Assembly: GCA_963787125.1 (NCBI GenBank)
Contig: CAWBBV010000007.1
Location: 416,001 to 480,000, forward strand
Source of the DNA: an uncultured delta proteobacterium
GTDB taxonomy: Bacteria > Desulfobacterota > Desulfuromonadia > Geobacterales > DSM-12255
DNA length: 64,000 bases
Direction of reading: 5' to 3'
Below the pieces are notes generated by a model. That model was given only the letters and a program-made list of their open reading frames with translations. It was not told the origin of the DNA and searched no databases. Below are positions 39,056-49,160 of the stretch, one piece after another. Position 1 is the first letter of the stretch, and every line of letters begins with the position of its first letter. A program made the translations under genes and the position numbers.

Positions 39056-40176
39056 AAAGAGTTTTTTCCATTGCCGTTGTGCTGTCGGTACTGGTTGCAC
39101 AAACCGTTGTTGCGGTCGATAAGCCTTCGACAAGGTTTGCGCCTCCATCTGGTGCATTTATCAATGACCGCGAAATTAAGATAAAAACCAGCAATGAGGC
39201 TATGAAAAAGCGGAGGGAAATAATTCGCTACATCTGGGGAGGGGATGCTCTGCCGAAAGATAGGCTCCCCTCCGCTGTTGAGCGTGGTTCCATGAAGCCG
39301 GATAATCTCAAGAATCTGGAACGGGTAGATACTCTCCATATCTCGATGGATGCAGGGGTAAAGGGTCTTTCCCATCTCTTTCTCCCGAAAATGAACAAAA
39401 ACAACCGGGCTGTCATCCTGCATCTTGGCCATACAGACGGCTGTACCTTTAATGACAATCTGCCCGGAGAGCCTGATATCGGCATGAGGAGGACAATCAA
39501 TGCCCTTCTTACCGCTGGTTTCGCTGTCCTTGGGGTCTATATGCCCCAGGTTACTCCTGAGGAGTGCAGGTGGGAGCATGACAGGCTGTTTAGACTGAAA
39601 ACGTCCGGGAGTCCGCTGAAATTTTTTCTGGAGCCGACTCTGGCGAGTCTTAATTACCTGCAGAAGGCTTATCCGCAGTACAGGGATTTTTCCATGACAG
39701 GTCTTTCCGGCGGTGGTTGGACAACGACTCTGTATGCGGCAATTGATCCGCGGATAAAACTCAGCATCCCTGTTGCCGGGAGCCTGCCGCTCTATCTCTG
39801 TCATGAGGGGTACGGACATGACGTGGAGCAGCGATTGGACTCATTCTACAAAATGGCAGGCTATCTTGATCTTTATCTGCTCGGTGCCTATGGTGAAGGG
39901 CGTAAACAGATCCAGATGCTGAACCGTCATGATGATTGCTGCTTCGGCGAGAATCAGCATGACCGGCGACTGACCGGCATGCCGTTCGAACCGTCTTTGC
40001 GCGAATATGAAGCAAGAGTGAAGAGAGCACTGGGAATGCTTGGTGCAGGTTCTTTCCAGATTGTCATTGACGAAAAGGCCGACGGGCACAAGATATCGCC
40101 ACAGGCCCTGCAGAGTGTGATTCTCCCGGCGCTTGGTCAGGGCAACGTCTCGGCAGTTGTGCGGAAATCAAAATGA
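39052..40176 (+). CDS. Exported alpha/beta-hydrolase-like protein
   Basis: Signal peptide; nucleophile elbow GLSGGG followed by AAIDPRI; late Asp and His candidates. Confidence 0.65.
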   Translation: MKRVFSIAVVLSVLVAQTVVAVDKPSTRFAPPSGAFINDREIKIKTSNEAMKKRREIIRYIWGGDALPKDRLPSAVERGSMKPDNLKNLERVDTLHISMDAGVKGLSHLFLPKMNKNNRAVILHLGHTDGCTFNDNLPGEPDIGMRRTINALLTAGFAVLGVYMPQVTPEECRWEHDRLFRLKTSGSPLKFFLEPTLASLNYLQKAYPQYRDFSMTGLSGGGWTTTLYAAIDPRIKLSIPVAGSLPLYLCHEGYGHDVEQRLDSFYKMAGYLDLYLLGAYGEGRKQIQMLNRHDDCCFGENQHDRRLTGMPFEPSLREYEARVKRALGMLGAGSFQIVIDEKADGHKISPQALQSVILPALGQGNVSAVVRKSK

Positions 40177-40391
40177 AGATCAAAAGTGTTCCCGTTTCAT
40201 TTGCCGATCAAAGGCTTTATCCGCGGCTGCTGGTCATGGTGCGGCTGTTGTCCCTCGCAAAACTGTCAATCGTCCATCTTCGCTTTATGGATTTTACTGT
40301 CACTATCGGCAGGGCCGGCTACCTGCTCTGGAAGGTCGTGATTGTCGGACTATGGCAGAGACGGATGCAGCGTTTGAGTAGGGAAGTGTAA
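40173..40391 (+). CDS. Small hypothetical protein
   Basis: ATGA-coupled ORF filling the gap before asnB; no motif recognised. Confidence 0.3.
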   Translation: MKIKSVPVSFADQRLYPRLLVMVRLLSLAKLSIVHLRFMDFTVTIGRAGYLLWKVVIVGLWQRRMQRLSREV

Positions 40392-40393
40392 CG

Positions 40394-42280
40394 ATGTGCG
40401 GAGTTGTCGGGATATTCTCCCCTGCAGAGCGGGAGAGACTCTGGCCGGAAACGGCACTACAGTCAATGCTCCAGCGGGTAAGGCACCGGGGCCCGGATGG
40501 CGAGGGGAGCTACTCTGAACCAGGACTATCTCTGGGGCATGCCCGGTTGGCCGTACTCGACATTTCAGTGGCCGGTCAGCAGCCGATGTTTTCAGCTGAC
40601 AGACGCTTTGTGCTCAGCTTTAACGGCGAAATTTACAATTTTCAGGAGTTGAGAGCGCAGCTTGAAGGGTTGGGGTGCCATTTCATCTCCAGATCCGATA
40701 CAGAGGTGCTGCTGGCGGCATGGAGCCAGTGGGGTGAAGCGTCTCTCGACAAGCTTGAAGGGATATTTGCTTTCGCTCTTTTTGATCGGGAGTCGAGGTC
40801 ACTGTATCTTGTTCGTGATCATCTCGGAGTAAAACCGCTTTTTTACCAGCAAAATGTTGGGACGTTTTTTTTCGCCTCGGAACTGCAGGCGCTTTTCAGT
40901 GGAATCAACCCAGTGCCTGATCCTGATGCTGAAGATCTGGACACCTACTTCACCTTCAATTATCTCCCCGCTCCCCGTACCGGGCTTGCAGGGGTAAAAC
41001 AGCTTGAGCCGGGCAGTCTGCTCAGGATGGATGCCGGTGGCCTCAGTGTAAGACCTTACTGGTCGCCTCCCTACCGGGAAAAGCTTATCCCCTGGAGTTT
41101 GGCAACGGTTGACCGCTTCAGAGAGATTCTCTTCAAGTCGGTCAAAAGTCAATTGGTGTCTGATGTTCCCCTTGGGGTATTCCTTTCAGGAGGGCTTGAT
41201 TCCTATGCGGTGGCGCTGGCAGCCGCTGCAACCGGTGAATTGCCGAAAGCATACACAATCGGTTTTGCTGAACATAAGTTTGATGAGAGGCCTGAAGCCG
41301 CCGAATATGCGGCGTATCTCGGAATAGCGCAGGCGAAAATGCAATTTGAATGGAGCGAGTCGGCCATTGAAAAAACGCTTGCTTCCATGGGAGAGCTGCT
41401 CGCGGATGCCTCCTGCTTTCCGCTGTATCAGCTTGCGGCTTTTGCGAGGAAAGAGGTGACTGTCATACTCGCAGGTGACGGGGCTGATGAGCTTCTGGCC
41501 GGTTACGGCACATATATGGCGAGCGATTTGACCCCTTTTGCACGGATGCTCCCAGCTGCTGCACGTTCAATGCTCAGGCGTGGAGTAGGATTTCTACCTT
41601 CCGGCAATGAACGTTACGGCAGGAGGATGGTTCTTGAGAGGTTTCTGGACGCAGCTGATGAAGGTGAGAAGCGTGATCATGCTTCTTTTCGAAGGATATT
41701 CAGCAACAGCCTGAAACAGAGGCTATACAATCAGGAGTTTCTCAAGGAAGCGGCTGCATTCGATCCGGTAGGCGAGTATGCCGATTTCATGAGCAGGATA
41801 CCTTCTGGCAGGTCTTACCTTTCTGCAAGACAGCACGCTGATCTTTTCTTCCATCTGCCGAGTATTCTGGCCAAGGTAGACAGGATGAGCATGGCTCACG
41901 GACTTGAAGTGCGGGTGCCTCTCCTCTCAAAAGAGATTGTAGAGTTCTGTATCAATCTTGATGACGAGGCAAAGCGAACTCTTTTTTCAGGAAAGAGGAT
42001 AATGAAGTCCGCGCTCTCGGGGCAGATACCGCCATCGGCATTGAAAAGGCGAAAAGCCGGATTTCTGCCGCCGGTTGACCGGTGGTTCCGGGCTGAGCCA
42101 ATGAACAAAGTTTTCGGCGATTATCTGCAGACCGCAAGAAGTTTCCTGCCGACGCTGCATTGGGATGAGGTGGAGCGTTTCTGGCAGGATCATAAACGTG
42201 GAGAGGTCGAGGGTGGGTTCGTGCTTCTTGGTATCTTGCAGTATATCAACTGGAGCATAATGCTGAGAAAAAAGCTATGA
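40394..42280 (+). CDS. asnB: Asparagine synthase (glutamine-hydrolysing)-like amidotransferase
   Basis: MCG N-terminal nucleophile, HRGPD, FNGEIYN, RDHLGVKPL, LSGGLDS, GDGADELLAGY, KVDRMSMAHGLEVRVP. Confidence 0.9.
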   Translation: MCGVVGIFSPAERERLWPETALQSMLQRVRHRGPDGEGSYSEPGLSLGHARLAVLDISVAGQQPMFSADRRFVLSFNGEIYNFQELRAQLEGLGCHFISRSDTEVLLAAWSQWGEASLDKLEGIFAFALFDRESRSLYLVRDHLGVKPLFYQQNVGTFFFASELQALFSGINPVPDPDAEDLDTYFTFNYLPAPRTGLAGVKQLEPGSLLRMDAGGLSVRPYWSPPYREKLIPWSLATVDRFREILFKSVKSQLVSDVPLGVFLSGGLDSYAVALAAAATGELPKAYTIGFAEHKFDERPEAAEYAAYLGIAQAKMQFEWSESAIEKTLASMGELLADASCFPLYQLAAFARKEVTVILAGDGADELLAGYGTYMASDLTPFARMLPAAARSMLRRGVGFLPSGNERYGRRMVLERFLDAADEGEKRDHASFRRIFSNSLKQRLYNQEFLKEAAAFDPVGEYADFMSRIPSGRSYLSARQHADLFFHLPSILAKVDRMSMAHGLEVRVPLLSKEIVEFCINLDDEAKRTLFSGKRIMKSALSGQIPPSALKRRKAGFLPPVDRWFRAEPMNKVFGDYLQTARSFLPTLHWDEVERFWQDHKRGEVEGGFVLLGILQYINWSIMLRKKL

Positions 42281-42357
42281 TGCGTTTCCTGTTGATGCCA
42301 AAGTGAATTTGCCTCGCAACCCATGAACCGACTGATATCGTATTTATCGCTGGAGTT

Positions 42358-43611
42358 TTGATGCTTAAGAAAATAATTAATTTTAGGGCTAATAACGAGA
42401 GGCCGCCTGGTAACAGGTTTGAAACGATTGGCTTTGCATACAGCAAATTTGCGGTGCTGTTGCTTAATACGCTCTTAATAATTGTTTTCTTGAATATATT
42501 TGCCTGGCTAGGGATTGCATTGTGGAATGGAGTGGAAAATGAAGATATTATCCAGAGGCTTCATGCGACCCCCCCAGTATCCATGAAAAAAACAGCTGAC
42601 CTCCATCAAGTTTACCCTGAATATAGTTCTGAGCAGATCGGCAATCTCTTGAATGAAACCTGGTCACGGCCGTATGTTTTTGAATCCTTTACCCAGTTTA
42701 AAGAGAGTCCCTATACGGGTGAGTTCGTTAATGTTTCAAATAATGGCTATCGAGAAACAGCAACCCATAAACCCTGGCCGCCAAATAATGGCGCCATCAA
42801 TGTTTTTTTATTCGGTGGATCTACAATGTTTGGTTATGGCGTCGCTGATAATCAGACGGTCAGTTCCTACCTTGAAGAGTATCTGGACCGGAATTTTCCA
42901 TCAGCTTCAATCAGAGTCTATAATTTCGGTCGAGGAGGCTATTATTCATCTCAAGAAGTCGTGTTGTTTATCCGATTGCTTTCTGAAAAGCATATTCCGA
43001 ATCTGGCGATTTTTGTTGATGGTTTGAATGAATTTGCATTTCCTGGGGATAAGCCCTTTTATTCGGATGAATTCAATGCATTTGTAGAGTTGGGTTACAC
43101 TGGACAGGATGCAAAAATGATAATCAATAACATGCTGGTTGATTATTTGCCGGCATACAGGCTTGGCGATGCTATCAAGACTTACGCTGATAAGCACAAT
43201 AACTTTGACAAGAAACTTCCGTATGAAAAGATTTCCGACAAAGACATCGCCAGAGTGATCAGTAAATATATCAATAACAAAAAGATCATTGAAGCCGTTG
43301 CAACCAATTATAATATCAAGACGTTATTTGTATGGCAGCCGGTTCCCACTTATAAATATGATCTGAAATATCATCCATTTATTCCCCAGGGGTTCGGCAC
43401 ACATACCAATTCGAAATATGGATATCCTGAGATGAAGGAATATTTAGACGAGTATCCACCCAATAATAACTTTGTCTGGGCTGCTGATCTGCAAAAAGAT
43501 TATAAAGAGCCTTTGTACGTGGATAAGGTTCACTATAGTCCGAAAATGTCTAAAATCCTGGCTGAATATATCGGTGATTCAATAAAACAGAAAAAAATAA
43601 TTATTCCGTAA
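42358..43611 (+). CDS. Membrane-anchored SGNH/GDSL hydrolase-like protein
   Basis: N-terminal TM; FGGSTMFG block I, NFG, DGLNE, WQP, D.VHY; visibly AT-rich. Confidence 0.75.
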   Translation: MMLKKIINFRANNERPPGNRFETIGFAYSKFAVLLLNTLLIIVFLNIFAWLGIALWNGVENEDIIQRLHATPPVSMKKTADLHQVYPEYSSEQIGNLLNETWSRPYVFESFTQFKESPYTGEFVNVSNNGYRETATHKPWPPNNGAINVFLFGGSTMFGYGVADNQTVSSYLEEYLDRNFPSASIRVYNFGRGGYYSSQEVVLFIRLLSEKHIPNLAIFVDGLNEFAFPGDKPFYSDEFNAFVELGYTGQDAKMIINNMLVDYLPAYRLGDAIKTYADKHNNFDKKLPYEKISDKDIARVISKYINNKKIIEAVATNYNIKTLFVWQPVPTYKYDLKYHPFIPQGFGTHTNSKYGYPEMKEYLDEYPPNNNFVWAADLQKDYKEPLYVDKVHYSPKMSKILAEYIGDSIKQKKIIIP

Positions 43612-43709
43612 TGAAGCTCAGATCCCTTATGTCCTTTTAAGGGTAGCGGCATACAACCTGAATAAAACTGAATGCCTCTTTTCATCTAAGGCATATAAGG
43701 CATAAGAAT

Positions 43710-45569
43710 ATGTATATTCTTGGTATTTCCGCTTACTATCATGACTCAGCAGCCGTACTTATAAAAGATGACGAGATTCTTGCTGCCGTCCAGGAAGAGC
43801 GGTTTACCCGCCTGAAGCACGATGCCGGGTTCCCGGCTAATGCCATAAAATACTGTCTTGTCCATGCCGGAATCTCTCTTGCCGACATTGCTGCGGTGGT
43901 GTTTTATGACAAACCTTTCCTCAAGTTTGAACGGCTCCTTGAGACTTACTATGCTTTTGCCCCGAAAGGGCTTTGTTCTTTTATTGCATCAATGCCGGCC
44001 TGGATCAAAGAGAAATTGTTCCTGAAAAGGCTGCTCCTGCGGGAGTTGGCAAGCATTGAAGTGGTCGAGCCCGCAAAGATCAAGCTGCTATTTACTGAAC
44101 ATCACTTTTCCCATGCGGCCAGTGCATTTTTCCCGTCACCATTTGCTGAAGCCGCCATACTGACTATCGATGGTGTCGGAGAGTGGGCAACTGCTTCAAT
44201 TTGCCACGGGCAAGGGAACAGTATCAAAATCTGCAAAGAGCTGACATTTCCCCACTCCGTAGGGCTTCTGTATTCTGCTTTTACCTATTATCTCGGATTC
44301 AAGGTTAATTCCGGCGAATACAAACTGATGGGTCTGGCGCCATATGGGGATCTTCATTCCGAGAGGGTTGCTCAATATGTACAGCTCATTAGGGACAGGC
44401 TTGTCAAGATTTGCGAAGATGGCTCGATCTGGCTTGACCAGGATTACTTCGATTATGCAGTCGGCTTCAGGATGACCAGTAATGAGAAATGGGAGAGACT
44501 TTTCGGGTTTCCACCTCGTAAACCTGAAGCAGAAATTGATCCTGCGCACTGCGATCTGGCTCTTGCCATTCAGTTGGTGACCGAAGAGATCATAATCAAA
44601 ATGGCCGGAGAAGCAAAGAGGATTACCGGCGCCAGCAAGCTCTGTCTGGCGGGCGGAGTAGCGCTTAATTGCGTGGCGAACGGGAAGCTGTTGCGCAGCG
44701 GGATTTTTGATGAGATCTGGATACAACCGGCGGCTGGCGATGCCGGTGCTGCATTGGGAGCAGCTCTGGCTGCCAGGCACATTTTTTTTGAAAAAGAGCG
44801 TTTCACTGACGAAATAAATGATCGTATGCAAGGTTCATTGTTGGGACCTGAGTATTCTGGTCTGGATATCATGCGGATGGTCAGAAAATATGATGCTGTC
44901 ACGTCATATTACGAAAGTTTCGAAGAAATATGCTGTATTACCGCAGAAAAAATTGCCGAAGGGAGCGTGATCGGTTGGTTCCAGTCGCGGATGGAGTGGG
45001 GGCCGCGAGCGCTGGGGAACCGGAGTATCATTGGTGATGCTCGCAGTCCTGAAATGCAGCGCAAGCTTAACCTCAAGATTAAATTCCGGGAAGGTTTCCG
45101 CCCCTTTGCCCCCTCGGTTTTGCTGGAGGATGCTTCTGAGTATTTTGAAATTCGCGTTGCTTCACCCTATATGCTGCTTGTTGCGGATGTTGCAGCGAGG
45201 CACCGCAACCAGGCTGTGGTAGGCAACTCAGAAAAGATGATGGATAAGCTGTATCAGGTTCGTTCTGATATCCCTGCGGTAACACATGTTGATTATTCGG
45301 CTCGAATCCAGTCGGTAGACCGCGAGACTCATCCATCCTATTGGAAGCTAATCACTGCTTTTAAGGAGAAGACCGGCTGCAGTGTGATTGTCAATACCAG
45401 CTTTAATGTACGAGGTGAACCAATTGTCATGACTCCAGAGGACGCATACAGGTGTTTCATGCGAACCGAAATCGACTTTCTCGTGTTGGGAAATTTTATC
45501 TTTGAAAAGAGAGAACAGCCTCGGCTGAGAGAAGGTGCTGACTGGCGTGAAAATTACAAACTTGATTGA
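43710..45569 (+). CDS. Carbamoyltransferase (NodU/CmcH/SxtI family)
   Basis: ILGIS.YYHDS, EERF.R.KH, HH.SHAAS, GEYKLMGLAPYG, GGVALNC, GPRALGNRS, FRPFAP, NTSFNVRGEP. Confidence 0.93.
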   Translation: MYILGISAYYHDSAAVLIKDDEILAAVQEERFTRLKHDAGFPANAIKYCLVHAGISLADIAAVVFYDKPFLKFERLLETYYAFAPKGLCSFIASMPAWIKEKLFLKRLLLRELASIEVVEPAKIKLLFTEHHFSHAASAFFPSPFAEAAILTIDGVGEWATASICHGQGNSIKICKELTFPHSVGLLYSAFTYYLGFKVNSGEYKLMGLAPYGDLHSERVAQYVQLIRDRLVKICEDGSIWLDQDYFDYAVGFRMTSNEKWERLFGFPPRKPEAEIDPAHCDLALAIQLVTEEIIIKMAGEAKRITGASKLCLAGGVALNCVANGKLLRSGIFDEIWIQPAAGDAGAALGAALAARHIFFEKERFTDEINDRMQGSLLGPEYSGLDIMRMVRKYDAVTSYYESFEEICCITAEKIAEGSVIGWFQSRMEWGPRALGNRSIIGDARSPEMQRKLNLKIKFREGFRPFAPSVLLEDASEYFEIRVASPYMLLVADVAARHRNQAVVGNSEKMMDKLYQVRSDIPAVTHVDYSARIQSVDRETHPSYWKLITAFKEKTGCSVIVNTSFNVRGEPIVMTPEDAYRCFMRTEIDFLVLGNFIFEKREQPRLREGADWRENYKLD

Positions 45570-45585
45570 AGGCGGGTGGTTTTCT

Positions 45586-45735
45586 ATGAGTTTTCTGTCT
45601 GAATTATACGTATTCCTGATGGAAAGGAAAAAATGGTGGCTTATCCCAACCATCATAATATTGCTATTGCTGGCGATATTGATAGTTTTTGTAAGCGGAA
45701 CGGCAGTCTCGCCATTTATCTATACGCTGTTCTAG
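45586..45735 (+). CDS. DUF5989/SxtK-like small membrane protein
   Basis: MSFLSELYVFLMERKKWWLIP...SPFIYTLF, the characteristic RKKWWL.P/PFIYTLF signature. Confidence 0.8.
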   Translation: MSFLSELYVFLMERKKWWLIPTIIILLLLAILIVFVSGTAVSPFIYTLF

Positions 45736-45744
45736 GAGGGACCG

Positions 45745-46125
45745 ATGAAGGTTGTGGCAAAGTCGGTCAGGCAAATTGAACTGGAGACCATGGGAGTAAT
45801 TTCTATGGTTTCCCTGTTTATCGGAATAGTTGCTGAGAGTAACGCATTTTTATATACAGCCCTTTTCTTGCAGTTGATTGGACTGTTCGTCCCACCGGTT
45901 TCACGGCTTTGTACAAGTTTATGGTTGAAGCTTGCTGAGAAAATTGGTTGGTTCAACACCAGAATATTGCTGGTGTTGATTTATTGTCTGGTACTTACCC
46001 CACTGGCCTTTTTGTGCCGCTTGTTAGGGAAAGGCTCCCTAAAGCTGAAAAACAGGGGTAAGGGGTCAATGTATTTCGAACGGGATCATGTCTATTCAAA
46101 GGTTGATTTTTTCAAACAATGGTAA
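45745..46125 (+). CDS. SxtJ-like membrane protein
   Basis: W.KLAE.IGW.NTRILL.LIY..VLTP....RL.GK pattern; GGAGG RBS; follows carbamoyltransferase and DUF5989. Confidence 0.72.
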   Translation: MKVVAKSVRQIELETMGVISMVSLFIGIVAESNAFLYTALFLQLIGLFVPPVSRLCTSLWLKLAEKIGWFNTRILLVLIYCLVLTPLAFLCRLLGKGSLKLKNRGKGSMYFERDHVYSKVDFFKQW

Positions 46126-46177
46126 GAGGGACAAATATTCAAAATCCAGATTTATAGCCACTTATTACTTGTAAGAG

Positions 46178-46642
46178 TTGAGGCGACTGATGAAGATTTG
46201 AGCCGTGCCGGAGCCAAAATGGTTCAATTGAATGGAATTTGGTTTTTACAATAGGATATAATAGATACTGAATTTGCTTGCATGTATTGACTGCCGGTCA
46301 AGCAGACTGATTTTGGATGAAATGTCCGCAGAAATCAGATGTCAGGATTGCTCAAGCATATTCAAGATAGTTAATGGCATCCCCTCGTTTGTGTCGACTG
46401 GATTGATGAATTTCAGCGAAATTTCTCCCGCCGGTTGACCGCTGGTTCCGGAGTAAGCCATGAACATAGTGTTCGGCGATTATCTGCCGACAGCAAGGGG
46501 GTCTCTACCAACACTGTATTGGGCAGAGGTGGAGCGCTTCTGGCACGAGCATCAGCAGAATAGAGTCGAAGGTGGTTTCGTGCTGCTTGGGATTCTGCAG
46601 TACATCAATTGGAGTTTGAAGTGTCGGCTCCTTCATGGATGA
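46178..46642 (+). pseudogene. Chimeric remnant: TPR-protein 3' end + methyltransferase 5' end + asnB 3' end
   Basis: 46178-46240 resembles 48235-48297; 46274-46428 encodes LACIDCRSSRL...CQDC..IFKIVN.IPSFV like 48336-48485; 46421-46642 resembles asnB 42061-42280. Confidence 0.85.
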
Positions 46643-46674
46643 TGAAAATAAATTTTACCTTAACAGGATCATCG

Positions 46675-48297
46675 ATGCAGTCTGAATATAAGGTTTTTAT
46701 GACTGCAGCTCTGCCGGCAGGTATAATCTGTTTTCTGATATATTTAAAGGCGCTTTCCTGTGGCTTTGTTCATTGGGATGACACTGATTTTATACTAAAA
46801 AACCTTGTTATAAGGCAATTTGACAGCAATTTATTTGCCTGGTCTTTTACGACTATTGCCCCGTTCAGTGGCATCTGGATCCCTGCTACCTGGATCTCCT
46901 TTGCTGTGGATTATCATTTCTGGGGGCTGAATCCTGTCGGCTATCATCTGACGAATATCCTTCTACATGCAGTCAATGTAACAATACTGGTTCTGATAGC
47001 CGAACATCTTTGCCGCAGAACTTTTCTTATAGATTCAACTCCGGTATGGGTTGCTAATATCGCATTGTTATTGGCAGGGCTAATATTCGGAATACATCCA
47101 CTCCGCGTCGAGTCGGTTGCCTGGGTGACTGAGAGAAAAGATGTTCTGAATGGGATATTCACTTTCAGCGCTCTGCTTTTCTATCTGCAGTATGTCCAGA
47201 AGAAAGAAGTCGGCATGCAAGGCGCTGCTATTCGCAACTACATATTCTCCCTGCTCTGTTTCCTGTTCTCCCTTATGGCAAAACCGGTTAGTGTTGTTCT
47301 TCCGGTCATGCTGCTTGTTGTTGACTGGTACCCTCTGGACAGGCTTAATAAAACCTGTCTCAAGGCGGTTCTCCGGGAAAAAGTACCCTATTTTCTTATT
47401 GCGTCAATTGTGACGTTAACGACATTGTATATTGCCTCTGGCAAAGAAGGTTTGCTGGTTTCTTTGACCAACTTTCCTCCTTTTGAGAGGATTATAGTTT
47501 CGGGCAACGCATTGTTCGAGTATTTTAGGCTAATGTTGATGCCTGTCGGAATAATTCAATACGATCCTTTACCGCCACAAATATCTTACTCATACTTGGG
47601 CAAATGTTTCATTGTTATCGTTGTTGTTGTTGCAGTTTTTCTGAGAAGATCCCGGATTATGATTGCATCCATTCTCTGCTTTCTGCTGCCGCTTCTTCCT
47701 ACCCTCGCTTTATTCCAGAATAATGACCATGCCTATGCTTCCCGCTATACATATCTTCCCTCGGCATTGCCAAGCATTGCCATTGCAGCAGCAATTGTAT
47801 TGACCTGCAGAACTATGACCGTATCTTGGAGAGGGATTACACGTTGGATCCTTGTAGTCCTGACCAGCACAACTATCGTTTTCTATGCTTTTATGACGGT
47901 AAAACTTATAGGCGTCTGGAGAGATACCGGGACATTCTGGTCACGGATTATAGAGGTACAACCGATGGGGAGGGCATACCAAGAGCGTGGACTATACTAT
48001 TTCAACATCAAGAAGTTTGATCTGGCGATTGCAGATTTTACAAAGGCTATAGAGATTGCCTTTGGCCTTGGTATGTATGACAGGTATAATCTGAATGCTT
48101 TCCGGGGGGAAGCGTTCATGAAGTCAGGGAAATATGAGCAGGCAGTGAGAGATTTTACCTTTGCCATTTCCGTAGCTCCCAGACCGGTATACTATTATCA
48201 CCGTGGGCTTGCTCTTAAAGCTTCGGGCAAAATTGAGGCGTCGGATGAAGATTTCAGGCGTGCTGGAGCTGAAAAAGGTTCGATAGAATGGTATTAA
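46675..48297 (+). CDS. TMTC-like GT-C membrane protein with C-terminal TPR
   Basis: FVHWDD, W.P..W.S.A.DY..WGLNP.GYHLTN..LH, HPLRVESVAWVTERKD, K.....LP, RYTYLP, W.D...W, TPR helices; start uncertain (46639 or 46675). Confidence 0.8.
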   Translation: MQSEYKVFMTAALPAGIICFLIYLKALSCGFVHWDDTDFILKNLVIRQFDSNLFAWSFTTIAPFSGIWIPATWISFAVDYHFWGLNPVGYHLTNILLHAVNVTILVLIAEHLCRRTFLIDSTPVWVANIALLLAGLIFGIHPLRVESVAWVTERKDVLNGIFTFSALLFYLQYVQKKEVGMQGAAIRNYIFSLLCFLFSLMAKPVSVVLPVMLLVVDWYPLDRLNKTCLKAVLREKVPYFLIASIVTLTTLYIASGKEGLLVSLTNFPPFERIIVSGNALFEYFRLMLMPVGIIQYDPLPPQISYSYLGKCFIVIVVVVAVFLRRSRIMIASILCFLLPLLPTLALFQNNDHAYASRYTYLPSALPSIAIAAAIVLTCRTMTVSWRGITRWILVVLTSTTIVFYAFMTVKLIGVWRDTGTFWSRIIEVQPMGRAYQERGLYYFNIKKFDLAIADFTKAIEIAFGLGMYDRYNLNAFRGEAFMKSGKYEQAVRDFTFAISVAPRPVYYYHRGLALKASGKIEASDEDFRRAGAEKGSIEWY

Positions 48298-49160
48298 CTT
48301 GCCGCAGTGAGTGGATAAATTTGATCATCGATAAGCTCGCTTGTATTGACTGCCGGTCAAGTCGCTTGAAATTAGATGAATTGTCTGGAGAACTAAGATG
48401 TCAGGATTGTGACGGCATATTCAAGATTGTTAATAACATTCCCTCTTTTGTAGCGGCTGAGTTGATGCACTGCAGTGAAGTTCCTCTTCTTGAACGCGAA
48501 AAGTTTCTAGAAATGAAGAAAACAGCCTATTCAGGCGGTTCTTTTGTAGGCCGGATGTACAACCATTATCACCGCTATGCAGCGCAGAAACGGATTGAGT
48601 TGAGCGAGAAGCGGCTTACGGTAGATATCGGCTTCGGGGTCGGTGAGCACTATCCGTTCATCACGGAAAAAGAGAAAGTTGCCGGAGCGTTCATCGGCGT
48701 AGATCTAGACCGGTTCAAGCTGGAGCATTTTTGCTCGCTCCACCCCGACATACCGGTGCTGCAGGCGAGCGCATTCAGGCTGCCGTTTGCTGCCGATAGT
48801 GTCGCTGTGGTGCAGTTGCTGGCAACGCTTGAGCATTTCCCCCCGGACGAGATAACCGGCCTGCTTGATGAAGCTCTGAGGATACTGCAGCCCTGGGGGG
48901 CCCTGATCGTCTGTTATCCGGCAGAAGGCGGGCTGCTGCTGGGGCTCTGCCAGAGAGTAATGCACGCTTACCTTAAGAGGCGGACAGGTTTTGACCTTGA
49001 CCAGGGGGCGATCCACAGGCATCTCACCGGTGCAGGGGAGATAAGGGCTATCCTGGGTGGGCGCAAAGAGCTTGAGCGACAGGAGAGCAGTTTCTATCCT
49101 TTCTGGATCAGGTCAGTCAATCTTTCGCTGTTTGTAAACGAGATCTACAGGAAAAGGTGA
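48288..49160 (+). CDS. Class I SAM-dependent methyltransferase with Trm112-like Zn-finger N-terminus
   Basis: LACIDC...LRC.DC...F.I.NNIP; VDIGFGVG motif I, GVD, LPF..DS, TLEH, RIL.PWG; true start probably near 48321. Confidence 0.8.
   Translation: MVLTCRSEWINLIIDKLACIDCRSSRLKLDELSGELRCQDCDGIFKIVNNIPSFVAAELMHCSEVPLLEREKFLEMKKTAYSGGSFVGRMYNHYHRYAAQKRIELSEKRLTVDIGFGVGEHYPFITEKEKVAGAFIGVDLDRFKLEHFCSLHPDIPVLQASAFRLPFAADSVAVVQLLATLEHFPPDEITGLLDEALRILQPWGALIVCYPAEGGLLLGLCQRVMHAYLKRRTGFDLDQGAIHRHLTGAGEIRAILGGRKELERQESSFYPFWIRSVNLSLFVNEIYRKR

Noticed and set aside
35668..42280. Lasso peptide cluster (YxxP leader plus AsnB homolog)
   Set aside because: The peptide has no Asp/Glu for ring closure and the core is too short; AsnB keeps an intact N-terminal Cys glutaminase domain; no B1/B2 protein is seen
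42358..46125. Saxitoxin biosynthesis cluster
   Set aside because: No sxtA, sxtG or sxtB core genes; these accessory families are widespread
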